Below the pieces are notes generated by a model that searched no databases, was not told the origin of the DNA, and worked only from the letters and a program-made list of their open reading frames with translations. Positions 27,357 to 56,459 of a stretch of 64,000 nucleotides of DNA are shown here, in pieces. How positions within the stretch are numbered: position 1 is the first letter of the stretch; each line of letters opens with the position of its first letter. The stretch spans positions 12,213,676 through 12,277,675 of the forward strand of contig CM119270.1 of the NCBI GenBank assembly GCA_051294375.1, in the 5' to 3' direction. This DNA comes from Paraspadella gotoi. Lineage: Eukaryota > Animalia > Chaetognatha. Both the position numbers and the translations under genes were made by a program.

Positions 27357-29290
27357 GACGGTATAAGTGAAGCGCCTTTTTTTCGACCACCTTTTCCGAC
27401 TCGCAAACGGTCGAAAAGTCGCTGCGGGCGGAGCGACTGATTTAGAACTGGGTCGACAAAGTCGAATTCGAGACTGGATAATCAGTGAATTAATTGGGAG
27501 GAGCTGATTCATATGAGACTCTCCCCCGGGTCGAATCGCTCGGAATTGGTCAAGCGACATCAAATATGAAGCTTTCCTCTCTCGACTTCGATCTCTCTCT
27601 CTCATCTTCTCCCACTCTCCTCCTCTTTTCTCTTTCTCTATTCTCTCTTTCTCTCTCTTTGTATTTCTCTCCTTCTCTTTTCTCCTCGCTATTGCCAAAT
27701 GCGTAAGTAAAAAAATTAAAAATAATTCCTTTATGATGAATTCAACTGATACATTGTAAAATAATTTATAATGTTAAAAGACGAATACGGAAATAAAATG
27801 TAGGGAAAAAGTGAAGGATTGGCTACGCATGTAAGAAATAGTAAGAAAATTATCATTTAAAAACCGATATTGCTCATGCGTATGCTAAATTAAAGTAATT
27901 TCATATGAGAATAATTCATCATAAATTCAAATCAGTACTGTTCGGTTAAAAATGAGAATTATATGTTGATAGATATTAAGAAATGAATATCATTAGAATG
28001 AATTCATATAGCAAATTAGACTTGAAATCAACAGCCATTTCCTAATGTAAATAATTCTCATGAAAGAGATTTACTAAGTCTCACTGCAATAATATTTTTA
28101 AACTAACATATTTTTTTTCACACTTGCATAATATTTTCGACTTGTAATAATTTTTTTCCCACTGCAGATTTTCAACTTGTAAGTAATTTGTTTAACTTGC
28201 ATAATATTTTTAACTTGCATAATTTTTACATGCATAATCTATTTAATTGTAATAATATTTTCTAAAAAATACGTTGTATAATTTTTCCAACTTGCATAAT
28301 TTTTTCAACCTTTATCATTTTTTTTAACATGTATGATTTTTATTTTAAACTTGCATACTTTTTTTTTTCACTTGTATAACTTTTTTTACAATTGTAATAT
28401 TTTAAACTTGATAATTTTTGTTCTTTTATTTCCTTTCCATTCGCAAATTCATCGAAACAACTACATTTAACCAAAGTTCATTTGAAAGTTGTATAACATC
28501 AGTCGAGAAGAAGATGTCATCAACCTCTAAAACTTGGTTCTCTGACTTAAAGTCTTTAAACTCCTACTATATACTCATTGGTTAAACCAAATTCAAAATT
28601 TTCTTGCACCAATCGATGCTCTATAAAAAGTGAAATTAAAATTAAAAGGTGTATTTTAAGCTAACTTTTTTTTTGCCACACTGCAGTTTCCTTCCTGTTA
28701 CAAAAAATAATTTGATAAGTGAATCTGAATAGTGATTCATTATAGTAGGGGATTGTCTCTTCTTTCATCAATATTGATACGCTCAAATTAGTGTGTTCTT
28801 TAAAAACTGTTTTTATCAGGTGTATGCGGAAGAAATAAGTTTTTCTAGCGATGAATCATGTTATAATTCACTCATCGAATTAACTCCATGATTTGATACG
28901 TGGATCTGAATAAGTGAATATCATACAGTGGGAGATATTTTCATAAAAGATCGGTAAATTCGTTAGTAACATCTTCCAAATGTTTATCAAGAATCTGTAA
29001 GGAATAGTTTCTTACTGGAGGATGAATTCATTGTTATTTCAACTCAACATGAATTTACCCAGTAAATGATTAAAAAGTTTATTCCCATGAAATCATAAAG
29101 AGGAGAGTAGAGGAGAGAGGAGGAGTGCAGAGAAGGAGCAGGGGTTTCTGAACAGGTAGGTATTTACCAAGTAAAAATGAGGAAGTCAATGTATATCCTC
29201 ATAAAATCATAGAATCATGACTTTTTTTGGTAAGTTCGTGGTAGTCGAATCATATCGAACATTACGCTTCAACTATAAGTGACTCCGTTC
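27357..29290. mobile_element. Putative non-autonomous DNA transposon (~1.93 kb), present in copy 1 and absent from copy 2
   Basis: Copy 2 shows the empty site at 47970/47971. The left end GACGGTATAAGTGAAGCG...TTCGACCAC resembles the reverse complement of the right end (GAACGG...TATAGTTGAAGCG...TTCGACTACCAC). There is an apparent short target duplication, (TC)CTCT. No transposase ORF is visible. Confidence 0.6.
28080..28420. repeat. Degenerate AT-rich minisatellite, unit ~17-19 bp (AACTTGCATAATTTTTT)
   Basis: Repeated acttgcataat/acttgtaataa cores separated by T-runs, inside the insertion. Confidence 0.8.
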
Positions 29291-29393
29291 CTCTTCCCTC
29301 CTCTCATCTGGATCTTTTCCCTCAATACATCATAAAATTCGTGTGATTCGCGCTTGGAGGCCAAAAATCTTTCTCTCTGGGGTCATCATTCGT

Positions 29394-29418
29394 NNNNNNN
29401 NNNNNNNNNNNNNNNNNN
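29394..29418. other. Assembly gap, exactly 25 N
   Basis: Counted directly; lies exactly at the junction of the two copies of segment C. Confidence 0.97.
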
Positions 29419-48065
<18,647 letters not shown>

Positions 48066-48177
48066 CATTTTCCGGGGGATTTCGGAGAAAGGGGGATCAG
48101 TGAAATAAAGGGGAGTGAGAGGGTTAGTGAGGGAAAGGGTAAGGAAGCGAGGCCATGAGAGTGAGTTCGTTGCCCGC

Positions 48178-48255
<78 letters not shown>

Positions 48256-49666
48256 ATCTTCTCGGATAGAATATAAGGAATGAAGTAAGTTAATATGAAG
48301 CAACGACCCGAGGAGATTGTCACAAAACGAACTTAAAACCGGAAGACGAGAAACTTAGATGACTAGATAATATTGTGAAGGCATTACACGATTACAGGGT
48401 GAAAGGTTGAGACGTCAAATATCGAAGTCGTCTCAATTTTACTTTTAGTCCACTTCTAAGGTATAAACAATTTCTCGTTCTTTTCCTACTTGGCAAACAT
48501 ACTAGAAACGTTGACAACGAGGAATTCTAAATCTATGTCACCGATTGTCCAAAACCCAACATCCATCAAAACCCCAAAACCATAGGATGCAACCGAGTCA
48601 AGAACCCTTCAAACAGAAGACCACCCCGCAGGTCTACACACTCTTGACCCTCTCAACCCCAAATCCACCCCTCAACACCCCGCTTGCCCCTTTGCGCCTC
48701 AAACAATCACCGTCAAACTCGCGTCGCCTTTAATCTGTTTACATTTTCTCTTCCTTCCCACGAAATCTTAGCGATGTCATCGTCGTCGTTGTCATCGTCG
48801 TCGTTGTCATCGTCGTCGTCGTAGTCCTCTACCATCTTTTTTTTAATCTGCATTTTTTTATCTTCGTTATCGGAAAGAAATCGTGAAAATTAAATAATGA
48901 ATTGGAAAGATGAAGCGTTGTAAAAATGACGCTCTTCAATAAACGTCGGATAAAAAACAGAAATAAAAATATAAACAGTTATATTGCGCTTTTGGTGTTA
49001 AAATTGGCAAAGTATCTTTTATTTTATTGCATCTCTGAACCGATTTCCCATGGAAACCGAACAATGTTTCTTTTTCTCAGATTCCCTTTATGCTTTGTTT
49101 TGCTTTAAACAACCTACCCATTGCTCATTTCTCCTTCTCTCTCTCTTCTCTCTCTCTCTTTCTCTCTCTCTCTTCTCTCTTCTCTCTCTCTCTCTCTCTC
49201 TCTCTTCTCTTCTCTCTCCTTTTCCCTTTCCTCCGACGCAGAACCAACAACTCGAAAATCATCGAGAATTAATCCTTATTCCTTGTTTTCTTTAGCCACA
49301 CGATTCCAACCTCCTTCTCCCCGCGGAGGTCTTGCTCCTCTTCCTTCTCCTATAGATTATGCCCGCTCTTCATCCTCCGCCTCTTCCTCATCCGCCTTCA
49401 GCGACGTCCTTCTGTAATCGACTCGGACGTTGATGAAGAGGCAATGAGGCTTCGAACGACGGCGCTAATCAAATCGACGTCGATTCGGGAACGAAGAAGG
49501 AAAATGAGACGACCGGATGGGAATTCGGGGCGGGGGAGAGAAAGAGAGGGAAAGAGGAAAGAGGGATGAACGAGAATAAGTCAGAAATGGGTGGAAGAAC
49601 TTACTAAAGTTACTATACAATACATATACGTTTAGATTAATTAATCTATTTTCGAAAAACAAGCAA

Positions 49667-49900
49667 TTGAGGCGGTATATATTACCGCCTCAAGTCCCAT
49701 TGGCTCTGAACGGGAACGCACCATCCCAGGGGTTGCGTTCCATCCACAGTCCTAACGACTTCCCACTGCGTTGGCAAGGCGAGACCGTCCTAGGGTAACC
49801 GCGCCAGTGACTGGAGGCGTCACTGAGGGTCGGAAGCCCCCAAAGCCAGAAGTGAGATGCCCCATCCCAATGGGCATCACAGGCAACCCGGCTGTTGCCA
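49667..49900. other. GC-rich block with multiple hairpins (candidate structured RNA, TE 5' region or exon)
   Basis: Stems read directly: TTGAGGCGGTA/TACCGCCTCAA (49667-49693), GGAACGCA/TGCGTTCC (49713-49741), AGTGAC/GTCACT (49806-49824), GATGCC..CAT/ATG..GGCATC (49856-49878), GGCAAC/GTTGCC (49882-49899). Confidence 0.45.
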
Positions 49901-51240
49901 TACAATGATAGAATTGTAAAAAAGTAAGAAAAGTAAAAAAAGTGGAAAATACATTTTTAATGATAATATATGATTTCAGTGAAGCAAAAAATGTATTATA
50001 TAGTAATACATACTATATGCTATTCTGTAGAATAGACAGAAAAAGATTAAGAAAATATTTTAACACAATAATTAATACCAATAATGGATTAGTTTAATCC
50101 TGTTCCCATTAAAATTTGAATTCGGTCGGCTACCGCTAGTAAAGGAATATAAAAAGTATTAAATATATTTAATATATATTTAAGATGTAAAATAACTTTC
50201 AAATGTCATAAAGTCCATGACCATACTTGCCCAGGGCCATTTCTCTTACCCCCCACCGATTTGCTTCCTGCTTCGCGTCACGAACCCCACGGGGCGCGGG
50301 GGATTCCATAAAGAGTGGCTGTGGATCGCCAGTGCCATGAGAGGTTCCATGGGGGGTGCCGCGCCGCCGTGGAGCTTCCAAGAGGGTCGTCAAGGAGGTC
50401 CGAGAAACCGTGACGTTGACTTGTGTGATCATGAGGATAGATATTTGTGAGGATGATTGCTAACTTAAACGGAATACGGAACAAAAAGCTTAAGATATAA
50501 TAATTTTAATTTAGTATCATGTTTTCCATTTTAAATCAGAAAATTATTTTACTAAAACAGTAAATAAAATAGAAAAAAGATATTGAGCATTACAGAAAAC
50601 GGAAAAGTGAGGCTACTATGGTGATTATTAAAAAAAAAGGCCAACGACCTAAATTTAAATTATTAATCTTTTTAACATGAGAAACTAGAGTTCATGTTGC
50701 GTTGAGAACAAAGAGAAATTATGTACTCTGACAATGGAGGCTTCTTAATAGTGCTTTATGATCTTAAGCTTTGAATAAGGATCAAAAGCAACGAAGAAAT
50801 TTGCATCCCAATCCAAGAACAAAGCCCATAGACCATGGCATGGCCAAAGACTCGTAACAAAGTCTTTAGCGACGAAACAAAATATCAGCTCTGATCCTTT
50901 AGACGTAACAAAAATAAAGAAAGCTGGCGTTACGAAAGGATAGTTTTTCAGGTTCGAGCTGGAATGCCGAGAACGGAAAAGCCACAAAGCTCTTTTCACG
51001 TCGAAGATTCGGAACAGGGTGGAACACTTTTGGGTAACAATTCATTAAAGTAAAAACCGTTACGTCCGGGAATAGATAGGTTACCATATTCAAAAATACT
51101 GCGATACTCATTGCGGAAGTTTTAAATTGACCCTAAGTCTGATTTGGAAAGGGAGAGAGAAATAAATAGAGAGAGGAGTAAATAGTTTACGAGTTTAACG
51201 GGAAGGAGGAAAAGGAAGGAAGAAGAGAAAGCGAGGGAGA

Positions 51241-51560
51241 GAGATGGGTGCTTGTAATACAAGCTGTATACAGAGATTGTTAGGAAGGAAGTTGAGAGAG
51301 CTAGGTAGAGAGATGAGTGCTTGTATACAGTGATTGTTAGGAAGGAAGAGGAGAGAGCTAGGCAGAGAAATGGGTGCTTGTATACAGAGATTGTTAAAGA
51401 GGAAGAAGAGAAAGATAGGAAGAGAGATGAGTGCTTGTATACAGTGATTGTTAAGGAGGAAGAGGAGAAAGATAGGAAGTGAGTGCTTGTATACAGTGAT
51501 TGTTAAGAAGGAAGAGGAGAGAGCTCGGGAGAGAGATTAGTGCGAGTAGAGTGATTGTTA
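51241..51560. repeat. 57-bp purine-rich minisatellite, ~5.5 copies (GAGAGATGAGTGCTTGTATACAGTGATTGTTAGGAAGGAAGAGGAGAGAGCTAGGCA)
   Basis: The core GTGCTTGTATAC starts at 51317, 51374, 51431 and 51483 (periods 57, 57, 52), with degenerate flanking units. Confidence 0.92.
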
Positions 51561-51654
51561 GTTGGATGATTAGAGAGGTGATTGTGAATGGTGGAAAGAT
51601 GAGACGAAAAGAGATTGTTAGGTTTGGTAAGTTAAGGATAAGAAAAGACGCAAT

Positions 51655-52051
51655 TCACACTATTGTTCGGTTAGGAGAATCCAAAACCAAGTTGTTGTTT
51701 TCCTTCTCGCGGTCGCTCACGAACACCGGTTTGTTCAAATTGATATCTGCTTCCGAATTTTCGGTGGTCCTCGTCCTCCACATCGCAGTCGTCGTCATCG
51801 TCGCTTTCCTCGTCGTTATTTTCATCGACGCCATCGTCGCAACTCGGAACATCGTCAAACCGTGAAGCGGTTGTGACTCTGTGAGTTTCGGTCGTTGATT
51901 TCGAACGACGACAACGACGACGATGACGACGATAACGACGACGGATTTGACGACTTCTCAGTTTCCGGTTAAACTGTGATTTCTGATTTGGTCGACGCCA
52001 ATTGATCGATCAATAGCTGGTTGTGCCAGTTGCTCATAAACTTACTCGTTG
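51655..52051 (-). CDS. Candidate disrupted low-complexity exon (Ser-rich then acidic), product unknown
   Basis: Acceptor-like TTTTTAAG| then TSKFMSNWHNQLLIDQLASTKSEITV*PETEKSSNPSSLSSSSSSLSS. Two frame changes give RFDDVPSCDDGVDENNDEESDDDDCDVEDED and TTENSEADINLNKPVFVSDREKENNNLVLDSPNRTIV*. Requires one stop and two indels to be sequence errors. Confidence 0.2.
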
Positions 52052-52900
52052 CTTAAAAATTTAGTCAAAACGATTATTGATTATTGAATATTGTCAAGTG
52101 AACATAGCGACATTATTTATGTCATTAAAAAATGAATTGGAAAGTTGTTTGGTTAATCTGGAACTTTCCTAGACTCAGACCTTAGTAAAATCGCCTGTAA
52201 TATTAATACTAATAGAAGTTTTAATTATATAAATAAAAAAATACATTTGCTAATAGAATAACAGTCTTTGAACAATGAACATACTCTCAATCTTAGGAAT
52301 ATTTTAGTAACTACCCTACCGAACAATCCTCCCTTTTTCTACCTACCCTATCGAACACCCCTGCCTACCCTAACCCATTCCGTTTTTTAACTCCCAAAAC
52401 TAAACCCCGATTCCATTCCGAAATGAATTAAACCCGCATCTTAAAATCCGACCCAAAACCAACCCGAAGTCAAAAGTCAAAACAACGAGCGACTTTAGAG
52501 CCCGATTAAAAAAGCCGGCTCAGCCTCTTCCTTTTTCACCCAAACTAGATTGGTTTAAAATCCGACTATAACTCCTGCCATCCCCGCATTTTAAGAAAGA
52601 AAGACGAAAAAACAAAAGAAAAGAAAGGAAAGAAAAAAAGAAAGAACCTCCCTCTCCTTAGTCTCGACGCGAAAATGGGCGAGAAGGGATCGTCTTTTAT
52701 TTAAAATCGATGGCGCGAGACGTTGGCTTTTGTGGTTAACGAAATCCAAAAGAGTCTCTCCCCTCCTTCCACCCCTTCTCTCACTCTCTCTCTCTCCTCT
52801 CTCTCTCTCATCTCTCTCTCTCTCCTCTTCTCTCTTCAACCGTCTCTCCCCTCTCTCTACTCTTTATTTAAAAAAAAGTCATTACGCCCACATATTTTTT

Positions 52901-53394
52901 CTATTTTTTTCCTCGCGTTGCTGTTGAGAGGGTGGAGGGTGGGTGTTTGAGTGGGTGGAGGGCATTGGATACAGGGAGGACCGAGAGTGATTTTTTTGGC
53001 GAAGGGGCGTTCGGCGTCACCCCTCTCCGCATTGAGGCCACCCCGCCGTCCACGTTTTGGCTCTCGAAGGGGGCGGCCGTTCTGGGTCGAGGGGTGATGG
53101 GTGACGACGGGACGAGGGTATGGGCCGATGGCACGACCGATGGCAGGAACGATGGCAGGATCGATGGCACAGACGGTGGAAGCGACGGCGATTCGAGGTT
53201 TTTTGTTTTGTTTCCAGTAAATTGATTCTTTGATTCCAGTTTTTTGTTGTTTTTTTCGTTTTGTTCTTTGTTTTCGATAAAATGACACAATTCTACCAAA
53301 AGATTTGATTCGTTTGTTCTCAATAAGTCGATCTTTTCGCATTCATTCACTAATTCGACCATAAAACGATTTGTATAACGATAAAAGAATGACG
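52901..53394 (-). CDS. Candidate coding exon, Pro/Ser-rich disordered region, product unknown
   Basis: Part of the longest ORF not produced by microsatellites or N gaps (52901-53560, 219 aa). Phase-1 acceptor-like TTATTTACAG|CG at 53394; in-frame 12-bp repeat giving PSV/PSI/PSF/PSV/PSA. No domain recognised. Confidence 0.33.
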
Positions 53395-53733
53395 CTGTAA
53401 ATAATGTAAACATATCGAAGAAATAGCTATTACGAATAATTTTAGGTAGTGAACCAGACATAGAAGGTACTAAGTAAATTTTCCTTGTAAAATGACAGTA
53501 AAATTGATTTAATTTGAGTGTTATAAGAACTTTTTGCGGGAAGACGAAAGATGTAACCAAATTTGCTTCAACAAAAGCGGCGTTTTAAACTCCACTCTTT
53601 CTAATTTCAGATAAAGTGACTCTCTTTTTTCTTCTTTTTAAAATTCTTTTCGCTTCAATAACCTAATTTCTATGGTCAAAAATAAAGCGACAGTTGTGTG
53701 TCTCCGCTGAAGAAACGGCGCCATAGCTTTTCC

Positions 53734-54140
53734 GTCTCCTTAACAACGCCGTTGCTAGGGACGGTTCGGCGATGCCTTCTCTGAATCCGGAAAGTGAGGG
53801 AGAGAGAAAGAGTCAGAGAGACAGAGAGAGAAAGGGAGACAAAAAAAGAGAGAATTGGCAAAAAAGGAATAACTGATTTGAAAATTATGACTTAACAAAA
53901 AAAAAAAACCCTAATGCTTCCTTGACGACGGGATGGCACTAAAACCGCCCTTGACGACGAAGTCCTCCACTTCGACGAATGCAAATCTTGTTTAAAATTC
54001 ACCTCTTTTTTCAAACAGAGACAGAGCCAGGGCAGCAAACGGGGTCCCTCAAGGGCGGAGGCACGCGAATCGTCTCCAAGACGACGACACACCCAGGGTT
54101 TCTAGGCGACCGAGCACGCGAGACTCGGTTACCAGGCAAC
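53734..54140. promoter_or_regulatory. Homotypic cluster of RFX X-box-like motifs
   Basis: GTCTCC-TT-AACAAC (53734), GTTGCTAGGGAC (53751), GCTTCC-TT-GACGAC (53916), GTCTCC-AA-GACGAC (54072), GTTTCT-A-GGCGAC (54098), GTTACC-A-GGCAAC (54128), compared with the consensus GTNRYY-N0-3-RRNRAC. Confidence 0.55.
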
Positions 54141-56168
54141 CCGTGACATCCTTTCTTCTTTTCGTTTTCAGGATGTCACTCTTCTCTTTTCGACTAAGAT
54201 GTGAAGATAACTCATGAACGCGAAGACACGTCACGTCAATTTTTTGCTTTGTGAATGAGTTGTCACAGAAAAGATCTCATCGCCGCTCTCGGGATATGTC
54301 ATTGAATGGAAATGTCTATGTGACGAACGTCAGCAAATTTTCACTCGTCCCGTTTCTAACGACTCATCTTCAATTCTTCATTGAGTTTTAAACTCACGGG
54401 ATCATGCAAATTAGATTTACCCTTCCGTTGTCTCCATGACAAGATGCTAATTTGATTTTAGCTCGTTTAAACTGTCTTCCCGAGTGACGAATCTGAATCG
54501 GATGATGTGAAGAATTTGGTGATTCGTAACTTTGGACATTTTCAGTCAGTCAGTCAGTTAGTGTTGAACTCTAATTCTTGAAGAATCACTGAAACTGTCA
54601 ACGTCTCCTATTGTAACTTGTTTAATAAAACATTTGGTCGATACTGTAAATTAATTTTAATTGATTATCATTACGTATTAATTTATATTGCTGCTCATTA
54701 TCAGTGGTAAAGTGATAAACACATTTTTTTCACCAAGACGATTTCTGCAAATTGGGCGTTGTAATTTCTATTAAACATTAAGAAAAGTAGTTAATTACCT
54801 AATATTTAAATCTTAAATATTATCTCAAATATTTTTAAAGACCTTTCATATTGAAATTTCCAAATTATGTATATCTTTCTTTCCCTCGGATCACAATCCC
54901 CATTGCATTCGCCGTCTATCTTCCATCGACTTCACTCCCCTCTCTCCCCCACCCAGGATTTTATACCCCACCCACGGCGACCAATATGCGTCCCTACGTG
55001 ACATCGCAGCGACTCGTCTCTGTAACTCCTGTATTCTCGGACGGAGGTCGCATCAAAACCCAGCGTGGCGCCGCATCAACTTTGCGTGGCGCCGTATCAA
55101 AATCGGCGTGAAGAGTAACGGCGCAACAACCATGGCCCAGCGAGGGGCTACATCAACACAGCGTGACGCAACGTAAATCGACTCTCCCCCTTCCTTGCCG
55201 GTTGCGCCATCTCCGCTTGAAATGAAAGGAGAGCCGTGACGACGCCGACGTTTCGATAACTTCGTCGTTGCGAAGGTTCTTGGTTCGCCCCCCGCCCCCT
55301 GCAACCCCCGCGGCGAACCGGCTTTTGACTCCGCGGCGATCCCACAGTGAATCCGACGGCGTCCCGTAGCGAAAGACGCTGTGAGATCGAAGTGAGACCA
55401 TCCATCCTCTGTTGTGTCGCAATTTCGCGGAGAAAGATTTTTATGAACCCTTGTTTCCTTTTTCTTTCTCGTCGGAATAATTCGTATGAATTTTGGGGTT
55501 TTTTTTTGTTTGTTTTTAGGTTTTTTTTTTGTTTGTCATTTTTTTTTTTGCGGGGGGGTTTGTTAATTTTTGCAATCTTTATATTTATAATTATACTTAA
55601 TTATAATATTTACATAATTATAATTAATTTTCAAAACAAAAAATTTAAAACGTATCCAAACATAAGCATCAATTATTTTTAAAAAAATTGTAAGCTTTCT
55701 AAACAAGAATGGATTGTAATATTGAAACCTTTGTTCGTTTCCCTCTCCGCCCTCCAAAAAAAGTTCTTCTCTCTCTTTCTCTTCCGTTCCCTTCTTTCCT
55801 TTCCTCGTACCACGCCTCTCCTTTCCCTGTGAGGGTTTGTTATCATTTTATCTTAACGGCGGCCATTTTCTCGCCAAAGAGGCTGTTACCAGCTTCGGCC
55901 AATCTTTTCTCTTAACCACTAACCTACTTTTTTTTACCCAACCCAACAGAATTAGACTCGCATTTCTAACCATACCCTTTACCCAGTCTACGGTGCAATC
56001 TTCTCGGTTTAAACTTTCAAAATCGAAAAAAAAAACTTTAATCGGATCGAAATTCAAATAAGTTTTGGTTCTTGAAACTCTATTGTTTCGGGTAATATTT
56101 CTGATGCAAAAGGCCTTGTTAGTCTTGGTAGATGGTATGCTTTGTTATATCTTTTTTCTTTTAAAATC

Positions 56169-56298
<130 letters not shown>

Positions 56299-56400
56299 CC
56301 TACCCCCAATCCCCGCCACCTTCTCTCGCCCGTTTATCCTCGAAATGGGCCTCATTACCTAAAGCGGCATCGAGAGCCCAATTGTTGTCATCCCCCCTCG

Positions 56401-56459
56401 CGACGCCGCCGTGGTGGAAGCCGACGCCGCTGAGGTGGAAGCCGACGCCGCCGTGGTGG
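56401..56459. repeat. 21-bp GC-rich tandem repeat CGACGCCGCCGTGGTGGAAGC x2.8
   Basis: Units at 56401, 56422 and 56443. Confidence 0.88.

Larger units (their letters stand above)
10730..29393 (+). repeat. Segment C copy 1 (~18.7 kb); direct copy at 29419-48065
   Basis: 10730-20175 matches 29420-38437, 20475-27356 matches 41355-47970, and 29291-29393 matches ~47967-48065. Landmarks are collinear throughout; differences are mainly 1-bp indels. Confidence 0.95.

Noticed and set aside
50223-50410. ATACTTGCC (U1-like), TGGCTG..GATCGCCAG (7SK-like) and GGAGGTCCGAGA (RNase P CR-I-like) words
   Set aside because: Isolated short matches without the remaining conserved elements or spacing of those RNAs.
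50952-51033. Possible plus-strand 82-bp exon (tttttcag| ... tgg|gtaaca)
   Set aside because: All three frames are open and uninformative, there is no partner exon, and such sites occur by chance.
51241-51560. Regularly spaced repeats as a possible CRISPR array
   Set aside because: The intervening sequences are themselves repeated, there are no unique spacers or cas genes, and the context is eukaryotic.
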